Below, piece by piece: positions 23,755-38,215 of a stretch of DNA of 64,000 nucleotides (the stretch's first letter is position 1; the number at the start of each line of letters is the position of its first letter). Both the position numbers and the translations under genes were made by a program. Under the pieces are notes generated by a model. The model worked only from the letters and a program-made list of their open reading frames with translations, was not told where the DNA came from and did no database searches. The stretch covers positions 5,038,259 through 5,102,258 of the forward strand of contig CAVNZM010000002.1 of NCBI GenBank assembly GCA_963693365.1, in the 5' to 3' direction. This DNA is from Amoebidium appalachense (lineage: Eukaryota > Protista > Ichthyosporea).

Positions 23755-24844
23755 CATATCTGATAAAATTTATATCGGTGAGATCCGAGTTCATTTCATT
23801 TTTGAATAAGGAAAAACTGTATACACATCACTGGTGCCTTTACTCCCACATCAATACTTTTGTGAACTAGTGTGAGCGGGAGAAATAACAAAATCACATA
23901 ACAAAGAGTTCAGGTGTTTGTTGTATTCTAGTGTGAATACTTGCTAAATACAGAATAGCCGGGTGTCCCAGGGGTGGCCTTGCTAGTAAAACATCTTTTT
24001 TTGGCGTTCCGTCTCAAGTGTCAATTCTGGTGTGCCATATTACTGCAGGTAAGGGGTCTATAGGGGCCTATCATTTTAAATATGGGATTTTCTCCTTGTG
24101 TATACGAGTAAACAGCAAGACACTCCATAATAAAGCTACCGGGCAAAACTGAACAAGCTGCCCCCCCCCTCCCGACCCCCCCCTCCCCCGGCCCCCCTTC
24201 CTCACCCACTCGCCCATGGTGACCGATCCACCTACCACCACACACACACACCACCACCACCCCATGGCCTCCTCGCCTCCTTTTCCCCACTCTCTTATTT
24301 GAAATTCCGGCCCATGCCTCCTGCATTATCTGTAACCTGGCGAAGATCACGTGAAGCTATAGCTAAAAAAGATGCATTCGTTCAAGCATCAGCCATATCA
24401 AGGCCAATGGGCACCATATTGCAACTGCAGGAGGAGGGGGGAGGGGGGGGGGGGGGGAGGGGGGGGGCGGGGGGAATAAAAAAGGGGGAAAGGCGAACAA
24501 GAGGGAGAAGGGGGGGAGGGGGGAGGGGGAGTGGGGGGAATAAAAAAGGGGGAAAAGGCGGACAAGAGGGGGAGGGGGGGGGGGGGGGGGGGGGGAAGAA
24601 GGCACACATTTTCAAGCAAAAACACACCGCACAGGTGCACACAAGCACATGCACACCACCGGTGCAACCTATCAAAGGCACACAAGCAAACACCTTTGAC
24701 ACATAAGAGCTGAGAATGGCATTCATGCACCCATTCACAACACAACCGTATGCTTAATCTGCGAAAAAGAGCACCTTTTGGAGTAAGGAGAGCCCATCCT
24801 CGGGGAAGGCAGGAACCGGCCGCTGGGTGCTGTGTGTGTATGTG

Positions 24845-24881
<37 letters not shown>

Positions 24882-25182
24882 GGGGGAGGGGGGGGGGGGG
24901 GGGGGGAGGACTCAGGAGGGGGGGGGGGGGGGGGGGGGGTATATTAAAGAATAACTTCGAATTCCGAGTTTGAGAAAGGCAGGATGGAGAGGCACAAAAA
25001 GCCTTTGCTCGGAGGTGTCGTTTTTATTCACTTGCAATTTTTGGTCCATCTTCAAAAATTAAAACGTCAACAGTTGCATGGCCGACACACAAGGCAACAT
25101 CACACATCTTTGAAAACGGATTGAAACCCAAACCCAAGGAGAAGGAGACCGGTGGGCCTGTGGCCTTTTTTTTTTTTTTTTT

Positions 25183-25225
<43 letters not shown>

Positions 25226-25972
25226 GGTTTCGGGGGGGCGGTTGGTAGTAAATATGGGGAGGGGGTGGAGGGGGGCAGGGGGGATGGTAGTCACTAGAGA
25301 TAAAAGCAGGTTGCAGTGGGCAATGAGCATATAGCATATTATTAACCAGTGTGTACTTGAGGGTGATTTTCAGCTAAAATTATGGGAGACCTTTGAAGAT
25401 GAGCACGCGAAACCCTGCACTGCACAGCTATCACAGCCGGCGGCACAACGCATCAATGATGGTGCTTGGGGCGTGCTTCCAAGTTCTTGTCACGTGACAT
25501 TGTGCGGTTGCCATTTACAGCTAGAGTCGCAAGTTGGCACGATGGTCCGAAAGTCTGAGATTTTTCAAAAATACCGTCCCACAATCACCGAGAAAACCTC
25601 GTGTGTACATGCAACTGATGGAATACAGCGACTCATCATTGATGTAGCAGTGTTGAAGAAGGGGGTGGGACAGAAGGGAGAGGGGGTGGGGGGGGGTGGG
25701 GTGGGGTGGGGAGGGGGTAAACGCAATGTTTTTGGTTCCTTCTAAGGTTTCCCTTGCGTGGTCTTGCATTGTTTATTCAATTTGGTGGAACGGGCCTAGG
25801 GGTGGGGTGGGTCCCCGTGTTTGTGTTTGTGTGTGTGTTTGTGTCTGCGCGTGTGTAGGGGGGAGAGCTGGAAAGGGTGTAGGATAGGATGAATGGACTA
25901 TAAATACTCCATCTTTGTCTGTTTTTGTTTTCTTTCCCCTTACTGTTTCCTTTTTTTATTTTTTTTATTTTT

Positions 25973-26014
<42 letters not shown>

Positions 26015-27638
26015 TTCTTTCTTTCTTTCTTTTTTTTTTTTATGGGGAGGGAGGGAAGGAGGGGGGGGGGGGGGGGGGGGCTTTGCTTAGCAGGTGTTGC
26101 AAGCTCGTTGAACAGGCTCAGGAATGTGCGGTCAGTCAAGCACGTACCCCCTTCCCCCTTCCCCCACTGACCCTAGCCTTCCGCCTTATTCATCATCCCC
26201 AACACACGAACATATACCCAAAGCACCTTTTTTGGCAGTGGGAGATGGGTATGTAATCCTAGGAGGAGTAGCGCTAGCAGTAGATCTATAGAAAGGAATA
26301 AGGAGGGTTGAGATGAGAGGGCCAGGTGGGGTTGGGGGGGGGGGGGGGGGGGGGGGGGGAAGGGGGGGGGGGGGGGGGGGGGAAGAGGGGGGATGTTACG
26401 GTCAGCGCCAATCAAAAGCAATACGAGAGAGGGAGCTGCTGGGTGATGGGGTCCAGAGAGGGGGAAGTGGTGGAAGGCGGGGATTTGAAACGAGGGGATT
26501 CAAGTGTGTGCTTAGAGGCTCGGAAAACCCCCTTCAGGAAGGCCACCGAGAATGATTTGTGGCACTGAGGCAAACTTAATGAAGTTTTCAGCGGAGATTA
26601 TGGACAACCCTGCCGGCCTGTGGTTGCATGCGGCACAAGCAAGAGTGCACCCAATCGAACTCTACTGCACCGCAAACCTAGGCCTGCATGCTGAGGCAGG
26701 CTGCACGTGCAATATATCACACAATAGTGTGGTCGGTCACCCAACGGATTTTGTTTCCACTCCGTTTGGGCATACACAGATTTTCGTTGCGATTGCGGGT
26801 TCGAAACTTTGCGGGTTCCATCATAGGTTGCAATCGTTATGTTAATCGGTAGCTAGCCGCTCCAGCCTCTCAACTTTAATTATCGACGTTTACAAGAGCA
26901 TCTGTAGATTGACCTCACATTTGCCCATATGCACCTCGTGTAGGCTATAATCACAACAACAACCCCCCACCCTCCCCTCTTTCAAAAACAAACAAATAAA
27001 TAAATAGATAAAAACCTTGAGGCATACTCCAAGAACCAAAGTACGTAGCAGCGAGGAAGAAGAGGGGAAAGGAGGAGTGGGGCGTAGGGGGAGGGGGCTG
27101 GGGGGGGAGAAGGGGGAGGGAAAGAAATGTCACGGGGGGGGGGGGAGGGAGGGGGGGAAGGGGGAGGGAGGGAGGGAGGGAGGGAAAGGAAATGCTTTTG
27201 GTTCCGGGTTTTCAAATTCATTCAAAAGTTTTGCATTGTTTATTAATGGAACTGGTTTAGGGATGGGGTGGGTATGGGTGACTTGGAGCTGGTAGGGCCC
27301 TGAGGGACTTACCGGAGCTCCCCGGGGAGGTCGAGGGGGGGCCCGGGGGGGGGGGGGAAGGCTGAGGTGGTAGGTATTTCATGCTATCAAGGACACTGTG
27401 TACATGTGTTGGTCTGCCTTTTCAAACACGAAAACTGTGCATGGCAACAAGTACTGGCATCCGGATCCAGGCTCCGCATGTTTGCCCTCACGTGGGTGAT
27501 CACGAACGCTGCGTGACATGTGCACCGACATGCGCAGAGAGCTGACCAAGTCTTAGAATGATAGGAGGTAGCTACAGCCCCGGGGCCGGCGGGCGGGCGG
27601 GCGGGCGAGCGGGGAGGAGGAGGGGGGGGGGGGGGGGG

Positions 27639-27920
27639 TTTGAATGCGGAACACAGTACAAAGTACGCATACACGATGAGAAGCATGGTGCAGGACACAT
27701 GCAAAGGCAAACATTCAAGTATGCAACATCAGCCATGCGCACAGTATGCGTCATAAGCAGAGCCCATCCTCAGGGAGGGCCCAAGTCATCAATTGCGTCT
27801 GAGTTTCGACCCCTTAGCCCGCGTATATACGACGCTCCAACTCAAACAGCAGCATCAACTGAACTTGGGTGGGTCAACCCGTCTTGATCAAAGACGAGCA
27901 GGGTTGCTTATGCAAGCAAG
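27639..27920 (-). mobile_element. Dispersed structured repeat, full-length copy B, downstream of SDHD
   Basis: The minus strand reads CTTGCTTGCATAAGCAACCCTGCTCGTCTTTGATCAAGACGGGTTGACCC...GGGGTCGAAACTCAG...GGGCCCTCCCTGAGGATGGGCTCTGCTTATG...CCGCATTCAAA followed by poly-C. Confidence 0.8.
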
Positions 27921-28393
27921 GTGAGCAGAACGGTGAAGATGTGTGTGCAAACTAATGCAGTGCAGCGAAAAACGCGTATGTGCTTACAGATGCACGACAC
28001 AGAGCAACCATGCCCGGTTGCATGGAAGTAAAGATGTCTCCACACAGTGGTCTGGGGGGGGGGGGGGGGGGAGGGGGGCACCATTTCCCTTCTCCTTATA
28101 TATAATATTTGACACCGCCACCACACCCCGGCCACTTTCCCTCCCCCTCCCCCCCCATAAACCACGTCCCCCCATTACCCCCCGTGCAGATTTAGGTGCA
28201 TCTAAACCTCCTCTTATTTTTCCAACTCGTCCCCACCCCTCCAAATCATACCCCACGATTCCCTCCCCCCACCACACTTGAACATTACCGTGGGTGATTG
28301 CAAAAAACAGTTAACGTTGCCACAGCAGCAGTTTCCCTCACAATCGATCACTAATAGTGGCTTACACGGTAAGTTACACCACCATACTTGCAG

Positions 28394-28441
<48 letters not shown>

Positions 28442-29002
28442 TGGTGGTGGGGGGGAGGGGGAGGCGGGAGAAGCCGGTTAGGAGAAGAGGGGAGGACAGT
28501 GAGAGCGGCAAAAAATCGTTGCTCGGATGCTAATATCAGGCTTAGAAAGGGAGAGATTAAGGGACGTCGGGATAAGGAGTTGACCCGGACAAGTATAGAT
28601 ATCATCCATTTCTACAAAGGCAAACCCCAGGCACAACTCACCCAACTCAAAGTAGTATGAGAATCATATCAGTCATAGATTGGAGGCTTGCCCGGGGGCA
28701 GGCGATAACAGCCCCCATATGCTTTATTCACAGTAGCATTCACCACCACCCCGCGGCTGGCAGCCTAAAATCCTAAAAAATCCTCAGATTTTCGGGCAAC
28801 CAGGCACCGCGTACCTATAAATAATCCCGCCCTGCCACGAACAAATACTGCGGGTTATACCCTTTGTGCTGAAAATTTACACAAAAGCACCGTACATGCC
28901 CCATTTTACCCGAGACATCTCTGTGCATAGATAGGCACTCTCCCCCCCCCCCACACACGAGGCACACAAATTTACGAAATTTCGCGCGAATGGCGGTGGT
29001 AT

Positions 29003-29562
29003 TTAGAGGGCCCAGAGCATCTGCACGGCCTTTGTGATGCCGACATCATTCAGGTTGAAGTAGACAAGGCCGGCAGCTGTGGCGGCAGAGGTGGCGCCCC
29101 ACAGGAGTTGGCTGGGGGTGGTCAGGGGTCCCTTCACGTAGTCGATGATCACCTGTGTACGTGCGTACGTGTGTGTGTACGTGTATGTATGTTCGTGTGC
29201 GTGAGCGAGTCAGCAACCGGAAGAGGGCGTCGAGATGGGGTTGTAGGAGTGTGAAAGTTTGCCAAGACCGGGGCGGCGGGGGTAGACGGGGATGGCATTT
29301 GTGTGGCGCAACATACCCACACCTATTCTCGAGTCTTACGGGGAAAGTCAGACAAGAGACCGACAACAAACAGTGCATCCATCAACCCAGAATACAACAC
29401 CAGGCAGAGACATGCATGCAACAGTGACAACATGTGTGGACAGAATGTGAACAGGATCCACAAAAAGCCATGCCTGGAGGAGGCGAGCCCAGTAGAAGAG
29501 ACTGCGTGCAGTGAATGATAGTGGGTGTACTGTAAACCGGGAGAGGAGGACAAGCAAGCAAA

Positions 29563-29645
<83 letters not shown>

Positions 29646-30031
29646 GCCGTGCCCGCATAAAAACAATGGGTTTCGACTGTTACACCTCTCGCACAGCAGT
29701 TGCCAGTGGTTAGTTGCCGAAAGCCACAAACACATGTAGATAATTCCGTAGGGGTTGTGTGTGTGTGCGCGCGTGTGTTTGTGCAAAACACCACGCCCCC
29801 AGAATACAAAAAATACAGCCAGGCAGGACACAAGCACGCGAGGAGGAGGAGGAGGAGGAGGAGGAGGAGGAGGGATGTGAGCAAAAGGAAGGAAGAGCAA
29901 TGGAATGGAATGTGGCATTGTGCATTTGTACATGTGGGGAGAAGGAAAAGGAGATGAAAAGGAGTGGAAGAGGAGAGAAACAAAGGGGCCGTGGTTGTGG
30001 TTATGGTGGTGGTGGTGGGGGGGGATCGGAC

Positions 30032-30067
<36 letters not shown>

Positions 30068-31767
30068 CGGGCGGGCGCACGCCCGCATCTCTGTGTTCGA
30101 AAAAAGGGGAAGTGATGGTGGTGGGGGGGAGGTGTACCTGATCGAAGCCCCAGTAGGAGTGGAGGGGGATGAGCACAGCCATCGCCATGTCCAGCTGCAG
30201 GCAAACAGTCAGTCATCAGGGGGCAAGGGGGGCACAAAGGCAATGGGCAATTAAAAACTAAAACAGTCAAAAGAAGAATGATAACAAATGTCGGAGGAGT
30301 TAGAAAGCATCACATAGAAATACACATCCGCAACGGACAACACAGTACAATCAGAACAGAACACCCACACAAAGAGTTTAAACCCATTCACCTCCGTATG
30401 AGAAACACAAAGATACGTTTTTACAAGAAGAAAAGAAAGGGCAGAAGGGGGCAGCCGGAGGGGTTAAAATGTCACAGAGCACGAGTACACATTTATGAGC
30501 AGACAACACAATCGAGAGCACATACAAAGAGCATGCACGATAAGTAGAGCCCCGGGGGGTGGTGCACGCGCATGCGCCCATATGTGTGTGTGTGTGTGTG
30601 GGAGGGGGGGGGGGGGGGGGGGGGAGGGCAAGCATACGGGCATGGAGGGGCCCACGACAGCAGCAGCGGGGATGACGGCCAGGGTGGCCGCAGATACCAA
30701 ACGCTCAGCCTTCCAGTGGTTGGACTCGGCCTTGCTCACGGCACCCGCAGCAGCTGGGGAGAGAGAGAGAGGTGGTGAGTGTGTGCACGTGTGCACGGGT
30801 AGAAACGGTGTGAAGGTGTGTAAAGTGTGCCGTATGCAAATGCGTGTAAAGGGTGGATGTGTGTGCGCGCCTGTACTGAACATGACAAGGGCAATACGGA
30901 GGTGGGACTAGGTGAGGAATAGGAATGCCTTATGCATAGCAGGTGTGTGAACGCGAGCGTACAACATACTCGTGTGAGTTAGGGCAAAGTGAAATGTGGT
31001 GGGTGCGTTGCAAATGAACCATTTCCTATGGGTGCTTGTGTGAGTGCAGAGGCCGCACGTGCACATAAAATACAAATATAAAATATGTGTAGCTTTGTGG
31101 GCACACCCATAGCGTTGTAGCTACAGGGACAAACACAAACACACAAAACCCTTGCCAGAACATCCCCACGCTGTCAACAACCCACTCGTGCACGCACAGA
31201 CAACAAGCAGCACACGACATGAGGTGGACTTACCGAAGCGGGCGGGGCTGGAGTGCAGTTGCCTCCAGGCTGCAAGGACAACACCCATTGAGCACAGCTA
31301 TCTCCCCCCCCCCCCCCCCCCCCCTCACCCCCCATCCCCAAATCCGACCTTCAACCAAAAGCCATTTCTCCCACCCTACAACAACAAGTAAATAACCCCC
31401 TTTCGTCTCCACAACGACTAAAACTACCAACGACTAAGCCTAGTATCGACCACAAAAAGGTTGATATAGTAACAAAACTCGATCCGAAAAAGCTCAGTTT
31501 GAGAATGTGCGGGTAGGTTATATACTCGTGTGCACTCTTGCCTGAATCCGTGAAACTTCAGAAGGCTGTCTCGAAGCCTGGCAAGGCCCAGACAACTCCC
31601 CTTTCTATATCTCTTTAGTGCCTTCCGCGCTTTGAACACACCACTCTCCTCTCCAACAACTTTTGCGTTTCATTACCAATGCCAAAAAAAAATCTGTGAG
31701 AATTACCGGCAACTGTGGCGATGGGGGAGGCCTTGGCCAGGAGGGGGCGAGTGACGGTGGGCAGCAT
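29003..31767 (-). CDS. SDHD: Succinate dehydrogenase cytochrome b small subunit (CybS), complement(join(29003..29152,30138..30194,30638..30753,31234..31269,31707..31767)), 139 aa
   Basis: Presequence MLPTVTRPLLAK...RQLHSSPARF, then SNHWKAERLVS, LHSYWGFDQVIIDYV (heme His and the quinone-site DY) and YFNLNDVGITKAVQMLW. GT-AG phases are consistent. Confidence 0.95.
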
Positions 31768-33727
31768 TTTCAGTTCTGTGCAGGATGTGTTCGAGTTAGG
31801 TCAAAGGAAATAATAGAACGGGTTGGCTGAGGGTGAACACAAAATGAAAAATATACAAAGGGCTGTAAAAGAGAAAAATAGAGAACGGGCGAGGGTTCTC
31901 ACTAAAAAAAACCGGGTTCATATCACAAGCGTTGCTCTCGTGTACACGTGTTCCAGCTTAACCAACAGTCCAGACACCACAAGCAGCCTTAGCTAGAAAA
32001 AGGCTGAGTGAAAGCTCCACTTCATGCGACCTGCGTTTAAACATAGAAAAAGACCATAACTTTCGTACAATAAAGAAAGTTTCTTCTTGTGCTTCCGTGC
32101 CTCAGACTTTCTTGTTACTTTCTACTGGAAGACGCAGCAAGTCACACATGCACACGAGGGGCTGTGCTCCCACTGTTTCCCAAAATATAGACCGTGTAAA
32201 CCTTTCTCCAATCAAGGTTTTGCCCACCCACAAAACCCCATGAAGTAGCCTATGCCTAACGTCTAGCTTAACTAAACGCGCCGTTTGCTTTCCTATAACA
32301 CTTTCCAACTTTATTGACCTAGCCTACACATACTAACTTGTTCTTTTGCCCTAATAATTCCCCTTTCTAAGGCTTACATTATCAGCGAATCGCTAGAAGA
32401 TGCTACGTTTCCCTCTCTGTGTCAGCACTCGACCAAACGACTCGCCTCCTTGCGAGCAGCTTTCAAGCCGCGGCCAGAAGGCGTGGCGCCGAACGAATAA
32501 CCGGAAAATACCGGCGACAAATTCGAAATATATAAGAAATATGAAAAATAGGGGTTTATTTATAATTTGCAGAGTCTTTCGTGGGACCCTTTGCAGAATT
32601 GCGGCTCTCATAATGACAGTTGAGCGGCCTTATTTGGCGATGCGACAGCCAATAGGAATGTTGTCCTTTCACCGGCACGGCTCAGACTGGCAAGCTTTTC
32701 TTTATATTCTGAACCACTAGGAGTAGTTCAAGAAGTGAGCTACTGTTTATAATGTGCAATAAAAACAGTTTAACTGTTTTATGTTTCAATGTCACTTTAA
32801 CATTTTAGCCTTCTGTGTGCTTTTCAGCGGGTAATAGCCACAAGACACAGCTGAAGCTCTGAAAACACAACACAGGTTCTAACCTCGCTTGTGAGATCAC
32901 CACATCAACCTAATATTACGACACCCGGCCAAAGCCCCACACAAAACACACATATAGATTCCTCGCAGAAATAAACACACATACAGACAGGCCTGGCTAC
33001 ATCCACCCTCCCACACTGGCAAACAGAGAGAGAAGGCACCCTCTGCCACACACAACCTAATATTAGTCCACCCTCACAGACACCCACATAAGGATATTGA
33101 TACCCGTGACCATCTTAAGTTGTTGCCTAACACCGATATAACTGGCAACACACAGCCACACAAAGCCACATAATGCACACAACGTCCACTTTCTAACAAT
33201 AAGGTGGCACATTTACGAAATCAATGCCTGAATTTGGGACGAAACTAAATAAAGCCGATCACGCTGTGCCCCACATGTTGTTTCGAATGGTCAACGCATT
33301 ACGTTCTTGTGACTCCTTGGCTTCTGTAGCTTGGGAGTGGCCACCAATGCAGGCAAAATGCCAACACAGCGAGATATCAGCATCCTGCTGATGGCCATGG
33401 CTGTTTGAATCAAGTTTTCGGATGGGTCAAAGTTACTAGCTTTTCATGCTAGGTGTGTGTACACTTGAGCAGTTTATTATAGCAAAAATACGCGTATTAG
33501 AAAGGAGGTTCATTCATTCATGAGACTAAAGTACAAACTGATGTTAGACGGCAACTCCGAAGGGCTCATCAGAAGGCACAAACTTGATAAGACAAAAAAA
33601 CTGGTGAAAAATAAAGCATATGAAGGTGGGCCGGGTGGTTGGATGGGTGGCAGTGGCGGTTGTGGCAGGGAAGGAACGACAGAAAGTGGAGAGACAGCAT
33701 AGAAGAAGGGAGAAGGAAGGAGGGAGG

Positions 33728-33764
<37 letters not shown>

Positions 33765-34095
33765 CAGAGGGTGAGGGGGGGGGGGAGGGGGGGGGGGGGA
33801 AACTAAGAGTGTCTAGCATTTCATACCATCAAACATCATTTATCAACTTCCACCACAAATCTTTTAATACAAAACACAACACAGACTCCTCAGTATAAAG
33901 CAATCTCGGACAGACTCTTACATCTAGCACAGCTACCTTTTTAGGTATGATAGCTCTGCTTTTTTTCAAAAGGCCGGGCGATTCGGAGAGCGGCTGAACA
34001 TACACGTTCCACTCCTACCCACGCCAGTGTCGATTTATCGAACATAGGCCAGAGCGATTCAGGCTTCAGGACGTCCCAGCCGTTATTTTGTAGCA

Positions 34096-34229
34096 CTATC
34101 TGCGCTGGTTGTGGTGTGGGTTCTTGTGTGCCCCGTGTGTGTCCTTGGCTTGCGGCACGGGCCTGGGGATTTTCTTGAGGATGGCTGCGGAAGAGAAAGC
34201 GGGAATTAGTATTACGTGTGTGCTTTTGC

Positions 34230-34297
<68 letters not shown>

Positions 34298-35045
34298 CTA
34301 TGAGCGTGCACAAAATGGCGTGACTGTTTTCTCCAACATGTGCTATTTTACTCAAATATCCCCAGCGCTGTTGCCCTCCCCCCCCCCCCCCCCCCCCCCC
34401 GGCGGTTTTACCCCTCCATGTGAGAGGAACAAAAGGCAATTTCTATTTGTTTCTGGTTATGGGTCCTGCTGACGTATTCTATGCTGTACACACACACACA
34501 CGGAGACACACCTTTGACTGCCGACAGGGAGTATTCATCCCACAGGCGATACATGTCGAACATGATCCGGCACACCACGAGGATCTGCACCACCCAAGCA
34601 AGTCAATATTGATTGTCTGCCCACATCCCCCCCCTCCTCCCCCCACACCCTCCGCTCCCCACCACAAAAAAAAAAAAAAGTCCCAGATCTTGCCCACAAA
34701 GGGTCAGCCACAACAAGCCCTCCCGCAACTTCATCCCTTCTCTCCACCTCATTCTCCTTCCAGAACTCCAGTGCATGTAAATATTCACAAAAAGACCAGC
34801 CCCCCCCCCCCCCCCCCCCCCCCCCCTCTCTCTCTCTCTTTGAGCACACACACACACCTGCTCCAAGTCCACGTTCAGTTCAGCAAACCATGTCTTCGCC
34901 TCTGCCCTCTTGGTGTGATCCAATTTCCCGTCAGAGTCGTTGGCTACCGTGGCAAGATACATGGCGGAAAGCGCTAGAACGTGTGGCGGGTACTGCAGGC
35001 ACATGTCCGTGCGGTAGCTGTCGTTGAGTATGTGCCTGTGTGTGT

Positions 35046-35090
<45 letters not shown>

Positions 35091-35841
35091 CGTGCAAGAG
35101 TGCGGTGTGGTTCTTGTCCGTGTGCATGTGTGCGAACCGCAGACCTGGGGGGAGGGAGGGGGGGGGGGGGGGGGGGGGGGCTGTTAATAAGTTTGTAGGA
35201 GCTTATATATCTGCTGAATGTGGCAGCGTGCATGTTCATGCCTGTCTGAGAGCACATTCGAGTGTGCACCTGCTTGGACATCCAAGCACACTAGAACCGG
35301 ATCTACGATTCGCACTCTTCATGTGTTTCTCTAGCCGAAGATTAAAGTGGTCAAAAATAAATCTCGTGTGTTCGTACGTATGGCTCTATTAGCGAGCACA
35401 GCCGCCGGCTGGTTGTTGATCATACAGAATGCAAACGATTCTTTCGAATTTATTGCAAATGCCATTGTCGGAGGCAACCGGCTAAAGCTCCCACTAAGGT
35501 CTTCGTCAATAGCTTTGTAATACCGTTTAAAACTCGGCTCCCTCTCCCCCCCCCCTCCCCCCTTTCTCCCAGGCACTCACCACGCGTCTGTAAGGATCTC
35601 CTTTCCAAATTTGGCGTGGTCCACGTACAGGACGAGGTCACGGTAGGGGTGGAAGACGATGGTGTAGCAATCAAGCTCTGGGGGTGGGGGTGGGGGGGGG
35701 GGGGGAGGGGTGAGATGGTTGCTTGCACAGTTGGGGTTCCTGGGGTGGCGGTGTGTGTGCGAGAGAGACCAGGGGGGGGGGGGAGGGGGGGGAGAGAGAG
35801 AGAGAGAGAGGGGGGGGGGGGGGGGGGGGGGGAGGGAGGGG

Positions 35842-35894
<53 letters not shown>

Positions 35895-36099
35895 GAGAGT
35901 GAGGGCGCGCCCGCGTGCACACTCCGTGTGTGTATATGATTGAGTGAGCGAGAGAGTGCGAGCATGGAGTGTTTGTGTGCACATGTGAAAGTCATGCGTG
36001 CCAGCGTGAGCAGTCCCCCCCCCCCCCCCCTCCTCTCCCGCTGTGTGGGTGCTTATGTGCTGTGTACTGAAAAGCACAGATGGCTGTGGGTACGTTTGT

Positions 36100-36171
<72 letters not shown>

Positions 36172-36433
36172 GCGCGCGCGCACACACACGCGTGTGTCTG
36201 TGTGGGTTTGTGTGTGTATGTGCAGATGCGTGAGGGTGTGTGTGTGGGTGTACACGGGTGGAGGGGGCTTACCTTCGAGCAAATAGAACTCCGCCTCAAT
36301 GATTTGTGCCTGGTCTATGGTGATCTGGTAGTCGTTATATATCTCCCCAAACTCCTTTTTCACTGCAACCCACAAAGCAAATCAGCAATGCAGAATGGCA
36401 TTCAGGCGGCACGTTTACAGAATATCACGGGAG

Positions 36434-36481
<48 letters not shown>

Positions 36482-36739
36482 TGTGGGTGTGTGGGTCGGG
36501 GGGGGAGGGGGATGGCATACACACAAACAAATGCACACTCCCACAAACACACCCGCATGTGCACTAGCGTACGAGAGAGAGGGCTGAGGGAGTGGGCAAG
36601 ATGGAGGGGGGGAAAGGGAAAGATTCACATACACGAGCGCACACACACGCGCGCACACACACCCCCCCCTCACCCCCTCCCTACCTCCCCCGCCCCCCCC
36701 CCACACATTCACATAGGGGGGGAGAAGGGTGTGTGTGTC

Positions 36740-36792
<53 letters not shown>

Positions 36793-37171
36793 TGGGGGGG
36801 GGGATGGGCATTGACATGGACATTTTATTCGATGTTCAACAAATCAAAAAAACAATTCGAGACGTCAACAGCGCACACACCTGGACCACTAAGTTTTACA
36901 ATGGCATCTTTTATCCGAACCATATCCATCTATACCACTTTACCTGCACACAGCCACTTCCATACACTAGAACGTGCAATCGACTGAAGAGCACAGCACA
37001 GGATTCATCAGAAAAATAAAATATTAATCAATATATGGCTGACAACCGGAGTTTCGACATATCACATCAACGGGGAAACAAGCAAAGGAAGAAAGTGTGC
37101 AAGCAGTGAAGATAGAATTCCTGCAATGAATGTACATCAATAGCAGAGCTCCGGAGGGGGGGGGGGGGGGG

Positions 37172-37205
<34 letters not shown>

Positions 37206-37363
37206 AAGGCAGGAAGACGGAGAGGGAGAGGAAGAAAGGGAGAGGGGGAGGGATGAAGGGACGGATGGATGAAGAGAGGGGGTGAGGGAGGGAGGGAGGG
37301 AGGGGGTGAAGGGGAGGGTTACAGGGAGTGAGAGAGTGAGTGGACGACGAGCAAGGAGGACGG

Positions 37364-37401
<38 letters not shown>

Positions 37402-37630
37402 ACGTACACATTTGGAGGGTTGGCTGGATGAAGTTTCTGACCTGCATATTTCCGTTCTCCTCGATCTTGGAGGCCAGATACAGTGACGTCACCACCAGGA
37501 GGGCAATGTCGCAGCTGCTGTACGAGTTCCTGAAGGGCAAAAAATGGTCACGTTAGGTCGATAATTCTACTATAACTGTTTTATGTCATATTTATTTTTC
37601 TTTTATTATTCAATTGCCTTTTTTCCATCA

Positions 37631-37668
<38 letters not shown>

Positions 37669-37692
37669 ACACACACACACAAAAAAACAAAC

Positions 37693-37734
<42 letters not shown>

Positions 37735-38125
37735 AACACTCCATGCCCAGCGCCAATCGAAAGCATACACCTGCACACAAAGCAACAAACAAACAGCATA
37801 ACGACCATGACTGAAAAAGGATCGAGGTAAAGACGATCATCCACAAACCAGTTCCAGATTGCAGGAAACGGGTTTGTACCCATTTGTTAAGTTATTATTT
37901 GTGAGTGGCATACGCGTGTGAATGTATGGAAAGGACCAGATTCTTATATAAACTAATACACACAACCATATTGTTTTCCTTATACACGAGATATTAATAA
38001 TAGAGGGGGAAAAAAAGCAAAAAAGAAAAGAAAAATTACTTGCTGTAGAATCGCCGCAGATAGATAACGGCCGTCGCGACAATCTGTTGCCGCAGTTTGA
38101 GCTTGTGCCCTACTTGCTGCGTCAC

Positions 38126-38215
<90 letters not shown>

